Shown here one piece after another: positions 17,619 through 29,500 of a DNA stretch of 62,097 nt (positions are counted from its first letter, which is position 1; each line of letters opens with the position of its first letter). Under the pieces are notes generated by a model. That model was not told the origin of the DNA. It saw only the letters and a list, made by a program, of their open reading frames with translations, and made no database searches. The stretch covers positions 1-62,097 of IMG/VR virus record IMGVR_UViG_3300018041_000006; one strand, 5' to 3'. The translations under genes were made by a program, and so were the position numbers. Source of the DNA: a virus. Its lineage: Duplodnaviria > Caudoviricetes.

Positions 17619-19547
17619 TTATAATGGGCCGCCTCCACCTATGTTTCCTCCACCTACAATGTTTATGGTTTCCCAAGAATTTGTATCGGTTGGATAAGAA
17701 AAGGTAAACTCTAGTTCTATTGGTGCATTTGTTGCAAATGCCTTTGATATATCTCCACTGTCAACAATTGTTGTTACTGTATCTGAACCTGAAGGATTTT
17801 GAGACTGGGTTGCTAACGCTATCTGAGTAGTTCCTGGTTTTATAAAACCCCATAGTTGAACATCATCATTAGTATCGTCTGCCCCATAATTTAATAGATT
17901 AGCCCTTATTGGAAACATTATTTGGCTAAATGCATTCTTTAAATTAGCAAACCTTCTTAAGTTAATTAAAAAGGGATCGTTAGCAATACTAGAATCTCCA
18001 ATTAAAGCATCATTAGATGAAACTTTATCAACCTGTGTAAAATTACTAATATGACTAGAAGTAAGAATATCAAACGATAATCTAGCCCAAACAGTCACCA
18101 TATTTCCAACTTTAGTCATTCTAAGGTTACTTGATCCCAAATCAACAATTGTGGATATTTTAGTTTGTCCAGTACTACCACTTGTAAAAATATCATTAGT
18201 AACATATGTATTAACCCCTGTAATTACATCATTTCCTTGAGTTGGATTATCAAACCAAAAAGATTGATTGCTTAAAGGAACCATCCATTTATTATCTACA
18301 TTAATAGGTATCCATTCGAAATAGTCGCCAAGTGTTCTTCTTGAAATAGTAGTATTGTTACTTAGTGCAGCTGTGATTCCAAGTTGTAGATTTCCTTGAC
18401 CGCCTGGCTTCCAAGTAATACCTGGAGATGTAGTATTTGTAGTTCCCGTTGAATTTAAATAAATTTTTTCGGAAACAACTGCCCTATCATTTAATCTAAT
18501 AACACTTGAAATAGAATCAGTTCCACCAAAAACTCCACCTATATTTACCTTTTCAACACCGCCTAATGTAATACTTGCTTCATTATTAGCAGAATTTGCA
18601 TAATCAGAATCACCCTGTATAGAAATATATGAAGTTTTTGAAGGGTTTGATAATCTATTAAAATCTACCCATGCTCCATCTCCATGATAGCCCTCATACT
18701 TGTCTTTAGATGTGTTAAATCTAATAATACCAACATCGGGAATTGGTCTTTCTGCAGTTGTACCGTTAGGAATTAGTATTCCTCCATTACCGGTAAAACT
18801 TGATAAATTTCCACCAACTGATAATTCTCCACCAACATCTAAATCTGCATTAATGGTAACATTATTATTAAAAACCGAGGTACCATTAAATATAGAATTA
18901 GGATCTATAGTTACGTCTCCTCCGGCTAAAAAGTTAACTCCATTGCTATTTGCTATTTCAATAGATTGGTATCCATTTAAAGAAATAACTTGAGACTGTA
19001 TTGACAATTTAGTTGATGTTGAACCTGTTTCTGGTTGAATAATCCAATTAGTACCTGGAGTACCGTTACCATTATAATCACTCGTAGATTCTCCTCTAAT
19101 AGTTAGATTTTCTAAATTATTTCCATAAGGTAACCATTTCTGAACATACGAAAAAACACTACTTTGTCCGATGGTTAATTGAGAGTTGACATCAATATCT
19201 CCATTATTTATACCTTCTTCATATAAAGTATCACCAATAAAGACGGCAGTTTCTTCAGCATTAGTGTCATCTTTTGGCTTAACTATAAATGCATTATGCT
19301 GTGAATGCTGCATTCTATCCCAATAGTTTATAGAAGATCCTTGATCTCCTTTAACGCCTTGATCTCCTTTAACACCTTGATCTCCTTTAATGCCAGAAGC
19401 ACCAATAGATCCAGAGTCTCCTTTAACTCCTTTAGGTCCTTCTTTACCGCCATTGGTAAGAATTTGGTCAAAGTTATAATTTACTTTTTCCCACTTAATA
19501 AAATCGGTATCACTAGGATACAATATTTCTTTAATATTGATTGGCAT
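17619..19547 (-). CDS. Tail fibre-like protein with a collagen segment
   Basis: N-terminal SD..KVNYNFD anchor motif; about 12 Gly-X-Y triplets; IPNGTTAERP..GIIRFNT..YEGY fibre motif. Confidence 0.7.
   Translation of the reverse strand: MPINIKEILYPSDTDFIKWEKVNYNFDQILTNGGKEGPKGVKGDSGSIGASGIKGDQGVKGDQGVKGDQGSSINYWDRMQHSQHNAFIVKPKDDTNAEETAVFIGDTLYEEGINNGDIDVNSQLTIGQSSVFSYVQKWLPYGNNLENLTIRGESTSDYNGNGTPGTNWIIQPETGSTSTKLSIQSQVISLNGYQSIEIANSNGVNFLAGGDVTIDPNSIFNGTSVFNNNVTINADLDVGGELSVGGNLSSFTGNGGILIPNGTTAERPIPDVGIIRFNTSKDKYEGYHGDGAWVDFNRLSNPSKTSYISIQGDSDYANSANNEASITLGGVEKVNIGGVFGGTDSISSVIRLNDRAVVSEKIYLNSTGTTNTTSPGITWKPGGQGNLQLGITAALSNNTTISRRTLGDYFEWIPINVDNKWMVPLSNQSFWFDNPTQGNDVITGVNTYVTNDIFTSGSTGQTKISTIVDLGSSNLRMTKVGNMVTVWARLSFDILTSSHISNFTQVDKVSSNDALIGDSSIANDPFLINLRRFANLKNAFSQIMFPIRANLLNYGADDTNDDVQLWGFIKPGTTQIALATQSQNPSGSDTVTTIVDSGDISKAFATNAPIELEFTFSYPTDTNSWETINIVGGGNIGGGGPL
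19337..19450. repeat. Collagen-coding 18-bp repeats (GDQGVK)
   Basis: ccttgatctcctttaa occurs three times. Confidence 0.85.
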
Positions 19548-19548
19548 T

Positions 19549-22500
19549 TTATGCTTGTATTTTTATCAAAGCTCTCAAGCTATAAGTGTAGCCTAGCTTT
19601 TTATTATATATTAGTCTAAAATTCAGTGGCTTTTGACCATGCATTCTATATGTAAAGTCAGAGTCTTTTTCATATCCATTATCAATTAAAGATAGATCTT
19701 GCGTTGATATTATTTCAGATGGAATTCCTTTTCTCTTCTTAGAAAAAATATTTATATTGTCTATAGAATATAAATTAACCATATTATTTAAAGCATATGA
19801 TAGAACGTCGTCATTTATTGTTGTTTGATCTCCTTCTGATTTTTCAGGAGATACAAACTTTTCTATCGTTTTATTTAAACCATCTTCCCCAATAATTTTA
19901 GAAACTAAATCTTCCATGTAAAAATCTACAATTATCTGAGAATCATCTTCAAAAAATACAATATCTGTTTCATTAGATCTATTTTTAACAATAAAATCTA
20001 GTTCTGATGCTGAACTGACATTCGACGTAGTAAAGCTATATATGCTATATGAAGGCTTATATTTAATAACAGTAGATCCTAAATATGATTTTTCTTCTAA
20101 CGTCTCTACAGTACCCGGTAAGTAATCTATTTCTCCACCTGCCCTAGATCTAATATAATAACCATCTTCCCATGATGATTTAAATACATTAATATCTCGC
20201 TTATCAATAGCAGTCTCACCTATTAAAGGATATTGAGGTAAATATTTACTACTTTCTGTAAGTTTAGTAACTCCAATTGTATTAATATCATTTACCTTGT
20301 GATAAAAATGATTTTTAATTAAACCCCACTCTGAATCGTGTTTCCCTTTATCAGAAATAAATCCTACGTTAAATGCAACTCCTAATCGATTATACCTATT
20401 GTAAAACGCAAGAGATTTATTAACATCGTAGTTTGTAGATAGATTAAGTTTATAGTAAGGCTCTTTTAAATTTTTAAATAAAGGATCGTATTCTCTTTGA
20501 TCTCTAATGACTTTGTTAAACGAGTAAATATCAGTAAACGTAACAACCGGAGTCAAATCAACCGTATATTTTCCATTATGTCTAATCAAGAATGGATAAT
20601 ATTTTTGTCCTTCTTCTAAAGTATATCCTATTGTTTCCTTTTTTAGCTTATAGCTCTTTGGAGTATCTGTGTCTATTTCAGAAATTATACTCGAGTTCTT
20701 TATTATTTCATTACCATCATCAATTCTAACTCTAAATTTATTAGATATTTCATTTCCAAAGGAATCGATAATAGTATATTTTATATCTTCTGATCCAGTA
20801 TTTATCTTATCAAATACATTGCTTGCAGAAAGTTGCGATAATAATATTTGGTGAGCGTTTACTCCACCACCCTCATATGTATACGATGCGTTAGACTGTG
20901 CCTGAATAGGAATTGTATATGGATTAACGACTTGAATTACTCCATTTTGATCGTAGTAGTAAGGTACCCCAGAAACTTGAATTTGATCTACACTTATAAC
21001 TTTAACAACATCTAAATAATAATAAGTTCCAAATCCATAATCTATTTTTAACCTACCATAGCTTCCATCTTCAGTAGATGCCATCTGTGTATCAAATGCA
21101 GGTAAACTTCCATCATTATGTGGAATTCCATTTAATATATATGGGAACGCTGAAGGAGACCAGTTGATAGAAGAAACCTCAATCGCACCGTCGATTCCAA
21201 CATCTGCATATCTATAGAATGGCTGACCATTTATATCGTTGTCTAAAACTATTTTATGTTGAAGTTCATATAGGTATTTTCTGTTTAAGTAATCACCGAT
21301 AAAAGAGTCTTCAATATTAAGCTGTATATAGAAAATAACATACTTGAATTTCTCGTTCTTAATAAATTCATACTGTATGCTGTTGGTATTAGATGAATTA
21401 TTTACTTTTACAATTGTACTAAACTTATAACCATTAAACTTAGAATTTTTAACAGATTCCGAATTATTTGAATTTAAGTCTTTCTTTTCTTTAAAGGTAA
21501 ACTTTAAACCTTTAAATATGGTACTTGCAAAATCATCAGTTGATCCTCCTGATATAATGGTATATTTTTTTGATAGATTAGTTTTTGTAAAGAAAACCGT
21601 GCTTAATGTAGCATTTGGATCACTAGGATCTTCAAATTCAACCGTAAGCTCTCTACCGTCATTAACCATGAATAGATCAAAATAGTCATTATCAACATCT
21701 ATAAATGTTGATCTATCTAACTCAAATCCTTCAACAAAATTAATATAACTAAAACCATCATTATGCATATCGTACGTGAAATATTCAGGCCATTGATCTA
21801 AATAAAACCACTCATGTGTAAATGCATCTCTATTTCTACCCTCAACTCTAATATCTGGAGAAAAATTAGTTCTACCGAACGCTTCATTTGTATTTAAATA
21901 ATAAGGTTCTTCTCTAACATTTAAAGTATCTTTTAATACCCACTTATTAATGTTAGGAACAACTCTCGAATTAGTTGAAAATTCTTTTAGGTAATTTTCC
22001 TTTAATCTATCATATTCTGAATATATCTTTTCAAGATTATCCTCTTTTGAATCTTCGTCCTTTAATATTGGTAAAAGATTTGAAAAATATTCTCTAGGAT
22101 TTAATCCAAAATCAGAAGATAATATTTCACTTTGATCTAGATTACCAATACTTGAATTTTCATATGGCGCATAATTAATATTTTCACGAGTTTCATAATT
22201 TAATTCCTTTAGTTCGGAATTAGAGGTATCATAAAAATCAAAATTCATGTCATATATGTCATATGCTGAAAATAAACCTAGATAGATCTTGTTTTTAACA
22301 TATGCTAAATAATCTCCAGAGACTAAATCATTCTTTGATTCTAAAATTAATTTGTAGTAATTATCTTTTAAGTCGGGATCTTCAACAATATCTAAAACTT
22401 TATTATACCTTTCTTTATATTTAGTAGGTAAGTAGTCTCCAATTTCTATTTCAGATATAACATCACTATTAACATATACTGATTTTTTTGAAGAGTGGCC

Positions 22501-25500
22501 TCCTGTAAAATAATAGGAAGTATAGTAATCTAGAACATCATTACTTAATTCTAAATTGTTATTGACGTCCATTAAATCAGATTCTAGAAATTGAGTACCA
22601 TTATTATTAGAAATCAATATTGTAGAATCCATTAATTTATATCCATCAACATTATTTAATATGAAAATATTATTGTCAATGTTGTACGCATCATAATCTG
22701 TATTATTTCTAATTATACCAGCAATTGAAAACGCAATGTCTGAAAAACTACCAAGTGCTGAAAACCTATTAGAAGTAAATCCTTTTTTAGGAATATTACC
22801 AGAATTATCGGCATAAAATATTCCTTCTAACTGATTAACATTTGTGTATATCTCTTTAGATGCGATAATACTAGAAACTGTTGTAACATTTATATTATTA
22901 TCAACTAAGCTTGTAAGTCTTTCCCTAATCACTACGCTTTCTGCTAGATCACTAGATTCTAAACTTAAACTATATCTAGCATAGAAATTTAGAGTTTGCT
23001 GAGGATAGTTTTGAGGATTAACCGGAATGTCAATCCACTTAGAATTTAATGATAACCAAGTAGAATTTGAATCTTGTCCAGAAGTAAATTCAATATAATT
23101 ACCAAATTCATCAGAAATCGATATAGTTTCGTTTCCTACATTTTTTATAATCTTAAACCTAACCGCCTCTTTTTTAACTTTACTAACTCTAATAATATCA
23201 TTACTATTTGGAGTATCAACAACTTGTAATTTAATAAAGTCTTTACCTGCTTTTTGGTTTTCAATAATAGATAATGATTTATTCTTACTGGTAATACCAA
23301 GCATCGAATTTATTTCTGAGTCAGTTGCTTTTATAGAAACATTATATCTTGAAGCGGTATACGCATTTGCAGCATCTAAATTATAGAATTTTTGATTTAA
23401 TCTGGCATATGATAATACCCCAGCATTTTGAAGTAGTTTATATTCAGGTATACAGAATGTCGGATCTTCTCCTCCTAAATATGAGTCTAATGACTTAAAT
23501 TTAATTAGTCCATTTTTTATATAAGCTATCTCTCCAGTACCTGAATCAAAATCATCTACATATAGTCCAAAATATCTATTTACAGAATAGTCTTTTGCAT
23601 CCTCATCATTAAACATAAACTCTAAGTTTACTAGATTTGCACATGCAACTTTATTTCTTCTAAATCCATCAGTTATAAAATCATTCTCATCTATTAATGG
23701 AGAATCCTTTTTAACAAAATCATCGTATATAAACTCTGGCTTATTAACAAAACCTCCTTTTAATAAATCAACCCCATTAAAAGTTGAACTTTCTCCTTCC
23801 TCCATAGTGATAGTTAATGGAGTTTCAGGGAAAAACTCATCCTGTACGTGCGATCTTAAATATTTACCAATCGATGAGGAATTACTTAAATCAAAAACTT
23901 TAACAATTTTAGAATTTCTTGTAATTTTTGTAATTCTATCTAATTTATCATCAGATAAATCCGTGAAATTAGTTTTTGGAAGAGGATCTTCTACTCTGTA
24001 GATAACAAATTTCGTTGGAAGATTATTATCTAACCAAATAGGTGCCATCATTCTATAATCTTCACTATACAGCTTAGAAGAATTAACACGAGTACCGTAA
24101 TGATAATCTTCCTCAAATTGTTTAGAATAATCATCTAAAACCGAGTAATCAGAATAATTTCTTTTAGTATCAAATGTAGAATCTATCGGAGTAGACGTAT
24201 TTCTATAATATGATGCTAAATCATAAGAAAACTTAGAACTAGGACTTAATTCATATTTTTTATATCTAGAATCGGCGAGCCCTCTATTCGCATTTATTGA
24301 ATCAAAATATATTCTATCCTCGCTATCTACTACTAACTTAACATTAGTACTGAGTTTTGGATTAGTTCTCAATAGAGGCTTAGATAAATTATCTAGCTTG
24401 TAATTTTTTTCAGCTTTTAAATTTGGCCCAGGATTTTCTGGAATGGCCTCTTCTATATATGGAAGCGTGTATTCTAATCTATTAGAATCATTACCACAAT
24501 CTAAACAAGAACTATATAAGTTCAGTGTAGATTCACTAAATATTCCTAAAGTTGTAGCATCTGAAAATTCTACTAAGTCGTAATAATTTTCTAAAAGAAC
24601 CTTTGCTTCATATTCAGTGTTAGCTATAATTCTATGAACATATTCAACACACCCACATATGTTTTTAGAAAAAACAGTCCTAGATTGACCATTTATATAA
24701 TCAATGAAATCAGATATGTAATTAGTCTCATTAATTCCATGCTTACCATCTATTAGATACAATGGATATGAATTTGCACTCTGTCCAATTGTATTGGGTC
24801 CACACTTATAAAAAGCATAATATACTTTATATCCTCCAGTGTTTAGGTCTACTGTACTATATTTAGGATCTCTTGTCACGCTTGGGCATTCTTTACCTTC
24901 CCAAATAGAACCTGAATAACTAGGAACTGAACCTCCGTTAATGTCATTCCCTATGTAATGAGATCCTGTCCAAATAAAATATTGATTAGGAGAAATGCTG
25001 CCATCTGCAGCTCCTATTACATCATAATCAATAAGCTTGTTGTAATTTGAATTTTCAGCACCAGAAGGATCTGTATATAAATAGATGTTATTTTTTACTA
25101 TGGTGAGTAGGTCCAATGGAGAACTAGACATATAGAATACTTCAACATCGATCTTAGGATAATGACAAAAACCAACAAACTCAGAAGCGCTATTACATTG
25201 AGATACTTGTATTGTTTTTTGCTGTAATACTGGATCTCCTGCAGTTGCACATGAAATAGTAGTAGGTAGCCAATTTTGTTGAAATTGATCCCAAAAGTAA
25301 CCATAATCGACTGAAGTCGAATACATCCCTGAAGTAGCAACGTTCGTCGTATGGTTATTATCATAGAAATTTTGAACGGCGTCTTCTGGAGTGCTAAAGA
25401 TGCTTATACTATTATTAACTAACTCATCTATGGTATTATAGGAAGGGCCTCCAGGGCCAGTGTAATAGTAGTATGGATTATTTAAAGGACTAGAACAAAA

Positions 25501-26454
25501 AGTACTAGAAGTCGTTGCATATAAAAGATTAATTTGAATACCTGAAGAACCTGGACATAATAGTGGTGTCCATCCTGCAGCATCAGGTTGAGTTCCAGGA
25601 TCTATTGAAGGAACTAAAACTAAATTATTTTGGCTGTAGTCTGTTTGACTACCTCCTGCCATTAACCAAACACTACTAGTTCCATTACCATTAATGTAAA
25701 ATTCAGATATAGAGTCTCCGTAAGATCCAGGGTATAAAGGTTCTAATCCAAATGTAGAATATACAGCAGGATCAGTTAAATTAGGTACATTTGCAGCGGG
25801 TGGTTCTCCAACTGGATTTGGGAAAATTAATAAATTAATAGAACCTTGAGTATGCGCATATATTATTTGTTCGATTAATGTATACGTTTCTGTTCCATCA
25901 TAATACAACCAAGCAGTTTGAATTCCGCTACAATACGATCCTTCATTTAAATCCCCAGTAAAATATACTTGGAATTTTTTAACAGAATCTGGAAGTCCTA
26001 CAACTGGGCCACCACCACTAGTTCCAGAAGTTCCACTAGTCCCAGAAGTTCCACTGGAACCATATGTACATGTTGTCGTGTTCTCCCATTTTAGTTGACT
26101 ATTAGGATCATAATCAGCAATAAAGGCGCTTCCACTGGATAAACTACCATCAAATGATATAGATGAATATACACCAGGTGAACATTCATAACCTGAATTT
26201 CCTAATAACCCCTGTAACTGATTAATATAAATACGTACTTTAAATAGGCTTAGATCTGAAATAGATGCATTATCTGAAAGTCCATGAGGATTTCCATTAA
26301 TATCAATCTGATCATACCATACGATATAGGTATCTGGTAAAGTTCCAGGGTCTGCAGGAATTCCATTGACCGCAAATAAAGTGTCATGCTGTGACGTGCA
26401 AATATTTGGGTCTGCTGTCAGCCCTGACTTATAATATACTTGAGTTTGAAACAT
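19549..26454 (-). CDS. Very large virion structural protein (2301 aa) with a Cys-studded variable N-terminus
   Basis: Uninterrupted ORF in the tail module; SGT repeat; PLLRTNPKLSTNVKL marks the start of a compositionally different C-terminal part. Confidence 0.6.
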   Translation of the reverse strand: MFQTQVYYKSGLTADPNICTSQHDTLFAVNGIPADPGTLPDTYIVWYDQIDINGNPHGLSDNASISDLSLFKVRIYINQLQGLLGNSGYECSPGVYSSISFDGSLSSGSAFIADYDPNSQLKWENTTTCTYGSSGTSGTSGTSGTSGGGPVVGLPDSVKKFQVYFTGDLNEGSYCSGIQTAWLYYDGTETYTLIEQIIYAHTQGSINLLIFPNPVGEPPAANVPNLTDPAVYSTFGLEPLYPGSYGDSISEFYINGNGTSSVWLMAGGSQTDYSQNNLVLVPSIDPGTQPDAAGWTPLLCPGSSGIQINLLYATTSSTFCSSPLNNPYYYYTGPGGPSYNTIDELVNNSISIFSTPEDAVQNFYDNNHTTNVATSGMYSTSVDYGYFWDQFQQNWLPTTISCATAGDPVLQQKTIQVSQCNSASEFVGFCHYPKIDVEVFYMSSSPLDLLTIVKNNIYLYTDPSGAENSNYNKLIDYDVIGAADGSISPNQYFIWTGSHYIGNDINGGSVPSYSGSIWEGKECPSVTRDPKYSTVDLNTGGYKVYYAFYKCGPNTIGQSANSYPLYLIDGKHGINETNYISDFIDYINGQSRTVFSKNICGCVEYVHRIIANTEYEAKVLLENYYDLVEFSDATTLGIFSESTLNLYSSCLDCGNDSNRLEYTLPYIEEAIPENPGPNLKAEKNYKLDNLSKPLLRTNPKLSTNVKLVVDSEDRIYFDSINANRGLADSRYKKYELSPSSKFSYDLASYYRNTSTPIDSTFDTKRNYSDYSVLDDYSKQFEEDYHYGTRVNSSKLYSEDYRMMAPIWLDNNLPTKFVIYRVEDPLPKTNFTDLSDDKLDRITKITRNSKIVKVFDLSNSSSIGKYLRSHVQDEFFPETPLTITMEEGESSTFNGVDLLKGGFVNKPEFIYDDFVKKDSPLIDENDFITDGFRRNKVACANLVNLEFMFNDEDAKDYSVNRYFGLYVDDFDSGTGEIAYIKNGLIKFKSLDSYLGGEDPTFCIPEYKLLQNAGVLSYARLNQKFYNLDAANAYTASRYNVSIKATDSEINSMLGITSKNKSLSIIENQKAGKDFIKLQVVDTPNSNDIIRVSKVKKEAVRFKIIKNVGNETISISDEFGNYIEFTSGQDSNSTWLSLNSKWIDIPVNPQNYPQQTLNFYARYSLSLESSDLAESVVIRERLTSLVDNNINVTTVSSIIASKEIYTNVNQLEGIFYADNSGNIPKKGFTSNRFSALGSFSDIAFSIAGIIRNNTDYDAYNIDNNIFILNNVDGYKLMDSTILISNNNGTQFLESDLMDVNNNLELSNDVLDYYTSYYFTGGHSSKKSVYVNSDVISEIEIGDYLPTKYKERYNKVLDIVEDPDLKDNYYKLILESKNDLVSGDYLAYVKNKIYLGLFSAYDIYDMNFDFYDTSNSELKELNYETRENINYAPYENSSIGNLDQSEILSSDFGLNPREYFSNLLPILKDEDSKEDNLEKIYSEYDRLKENYLKEFSTNSRVVPNINKWVLKDTLNVREEPYYLNTNEAFGRTNFSPDIRVEGRNRDAFTHEWFYLDQWPEYFTYDMHNDGFSYINFVEGFELDRSTFIDVDNDYFDLFMVNDGRELTVEFEDPSDPNATLSTVFFTKTNLSKKYTIISGGSTDDFASTIFKGLKFTFKEKKDLNSNNSESVKNSKFNGYKFSTIVKVNNSSNTNSIQYEFIKNEKFKYVIFYIQLNIEDSFIGDYLNRKYLYELQHKIVLDNDINGQPFYRYADVGIDGAIEVSSINWSPSAFPYILNGIPHNDGSLPAFDTQMASTEDGSYGRLKIDYGFGTYYYLDVVKVISVDQIQVSGVPYYYDQNGVIQVVNPYTIPIQAQSNASYTYEGGGVNAHQILLSQLSASNVFDKINTGSEDIKYTIIDSFGNEISNKFRVRIDDGNEIIKNSSIISEIDTDTPKSYKLKKETIGYTLEEGQKYYPFLIRHNGKYTVDLTPVVTFTDIYSFNKVIRDQREYDPLFKNLKEPYYKLNLSTNYDVNKSLAFYNRYNRLGVAFNVGFISDKGKHDSEWGLIKNHFYHKVNDINTIGVTKLTESSKYLPQYPLIGETAIDKRDINVFKSSWEDGYYIRSRAGGEIDYLPGTVETLEEKSYLGSTVIKYKPSYSIYSFTTSNVSSASELDFIVKNRSNETDIVFFEDDSQIIVDFYMEDLVSKIIGEDGLNKTIEKFVSPEKSEGDQTTINDDVLSYALNNMVNLYSIDNINIFSKKRKGIPSEIISTQDLSLIDNGYEKDSDFTYRMHGQKPLNFRLIYNKKLGYTYSLRALIKIQA
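26014..26061. repeat. SGTSGTSGTSG low-complexity linker (9/18-bp repeats)
   Basis: ccactagttccagaagttccactagtcccagaagttccact. Confidence 0.8.
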
Positions 26455-26518
26455 TTAATACTAGTCTATCTTTTTATAGAATATAATCCTATACTCTATA
26501 TATCAATTAAAGCTAGTA

Positions 26519-29500
26519 TTAAATCGAGAGCTGGGCAGCCTTAATAGAGTTTTTGTTAGTGCCACTAGCTTTGTATTTTGCGAACACTTCAACATCAAAA
26601 GAAAATTGTTCTCCATCTGAATCAAATATATCTAAACCTAATTTTTTAGCATATGTTAGATTTGATATATTAGTGCTCATTATACCACCAACTTTACCAG
26701 TATCTGTAGTTGCATTATTACCAGCATAATCAGTCATTCTATATTGAAAAACAATATCTATTGAGACCGAATTTGTTTCTCCAGTTTCAATATATTTTTT
26801 ACCAAACTTATTATCACCGTCAACTAATAAAGATTCTGGATTAATTGGTGCAATAAATAAATACGAACCACATGATTTACCTCCTAATAAATATTGATCG
26901 TTCGCGTCAAATGACATTTTTAATGTTCTATCATAGTTAACTCCGCCAACAGTGCCTATTAGTCCATTAGTATGTTTATATCCTAGCTGAATTAATCCGT
27001 TATTTGCATCAGATTCTAAAGTAGCGGTTACTGGCATTGTACCTACCACCCCAGCACTAATTTGATTTTGTAAGATTGATTGTACTTCAGCGCCAGTTAA
27101 CCCGGCAGGGTCGACTGCAGATGATTGATAAGAGTTGTAAATATTAACTAAATCAGGGTGATCCTTGTGTAAATATATACCACCATCATAATTTGATGAT
27201 GTTACATTTGTTAGGTTTGTAACATTAACTAGGTTTTCTGAAAATGCTCCGGAAACATCATATGTCAAAGAGTTAGAATCATATGTTCCAAATGTTCCAT
27301 TCCATATAAAATCAGATCCTGATCCATTTCCTGTAGCACTAGGAAGAGAAGTTACGTCATATGACATTAAATATTCATAATCGGCAATTGAAGACGTTGT
27401 TGGAGAAATAGCAGGAATATCTAAATATAATTTATTTTCATTAGAAATATCCATAAATCTAGAGTATATAAACTGACCTCTTCTTTGTGCAGATTGATAA
27501 GGCGCACTAAAGTTATATTCTACAGAATTAGTACCGAAAGTGAGCGATAATGCGTCACCTGATATATTTTGATACTGTATTGGAACCATATCGTATTTCG
27601 CTTCGGTAGTATAATATGTGTCATTTACAACTTTTTCAGGTATTTCAAAATTAGGATCTGGATCTATACCAAACCCATATGAAATTGCATTAGATGCTGA
27701 CGCTGAAGATCTAAAAGATGGTAGACTTCTATCTCCTATAATCCTTGCAATTAGCTCTAACTGAGATGCATTTGTATTTTCTAATAAAAGTTTAAATGTC
27801 TTAGTAACAATATGCCCTTTTTTAACAGTTAAGTCTGCAGTTTCATCAGCATAATATCCAGCAAATACTTTATTATTAGTATTTCTTTTTATATTAATAA
27901 CAGTACCCTCTTCATTTACTAGTTTTACAGAAAGTTCACCTTTAATTCCGGAAATAGTCTCTTGAAGAGATTTAACTTCATTTTGTAAATCTGTAAGTTT
28001 ATCAAAAAGAGAAATTGGAGTTTGTTCCGGTGATAAAAATCCAGAAGCAATTGAAGTTGCATTATGTGAAAAATACTTTTCATTAGCAATAAATGAATCA
28101 TCTATGTGGCTATATACTCCTTTTGATTCTAATTCATCATTAATCCTAACAACAGCAGATTCTGTTTCATTTTCACTAACAAGTGTTGATATGTTAGTAG
28201 TATCTAATTCTCCTTCCGGAAACTCTATTCTAACAACATCGCTCCAGTCGCTAGTTATTGGATTAGATGGAAAACCAGCCTCTGAGACCGACTTAACTCT
28301 AATATCTACAACCTCACCCTTTTGGATTGGAATATCTAGCTGGTTAAAATTAATTTCTTGACCATCTTCAACCGATCCTTCAGCCCAATAAAATTTACCA
28401 GTAGTCTCATCTTTTAGTCTTTGTCTAACACCAGTCTTAACTTCATTCCAATTAGAAAATACTCCAGTTTTTTCAGTTTCATTTGACTTAAATGGAATTT
28501 GAGCAATTTCAGAAGACTTACCACTAGTTGATAAATATCTGTACTGCACAATAAACTGAACAATATTTTGAGGTATTGTTTCAGCTGCTAATTTAGGTTC
28601 TGGAATTGACCAAAATCCTCTAATTCTAAATTTAGGTTCAATCTTAGTGACATTAGCATCACTTGAAATTGACTTAATCTGATTTACTATAGAGCTATAA
28701 AGTTTTGTTTCAGCAGCTCTACTTTCAATTAGAGATCTTAATTCATTTCTGTCTCTGTCTCTTTCGATTAGAGAAGAATATTTTCTAGTAGAAACCTTAG
28801 ATCTCTTCTTAACAATAGTGTCATCTAATTTTTTAACAGCCTCTTCAACATTAATCTTATCAGAAGTTAATTTTTTAACTTTATTAATAGCATCGTTTTC
28901 AGTTAAATGCTTGTTTATTTGAACAACTTGAAAGTTAGTTGCTTCTAATGTTGGAGAATCTGGAGTTTTTCCAAGAGTAGCCGGTGGAATTGCATCTTCT
29001 TTAAGTGCTTTAATAAATTGACCGAAGTCGGCAACCTCTTCTTTATAATAATCAGCAAGACTTTTTACTTGACCACTTTCTAAAGTTGTGGTTAAATCAT
29101 TACTATATATTGATACTCCAGGAGACCAATTTTCTGCTAAAATGTTTGAATCAGGATCAATTGCTTTAAAGAAAACAACCATGCTTTCATTAAATCCAAG
29201 ATTGATTTCAATTTCAACCGCAATATTATTAGCTTTATAAATTCTAAGAGAATCTGCTCCTATTTTTATAGGTTCATATCCTTGAATTAATTCTAATTCA
29301 ACCTGTCTAGTTGAACTATCAATATTCTTTACTCTGTATTTTGTACTGTTTTTTCCACTATTAACCGCAACCTCATCTCCAACTTTTAAAACTTCGGTAT
29401 CTTTTAATTCCTTCTCAGAATCAGTATATGTTAATTTATCTAGAGTGTATACTTTAATATTCCTTTGAATAGAATTACCTCCAGAAACTACCGTTTTCTG

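Noticed and set aside
19549-26454. Tape measure protein call for the 2301-aa ORF
   Set aside because: Composition is beta-rich (Y/N/S/D/I), not Ala/Gly/Leu helical
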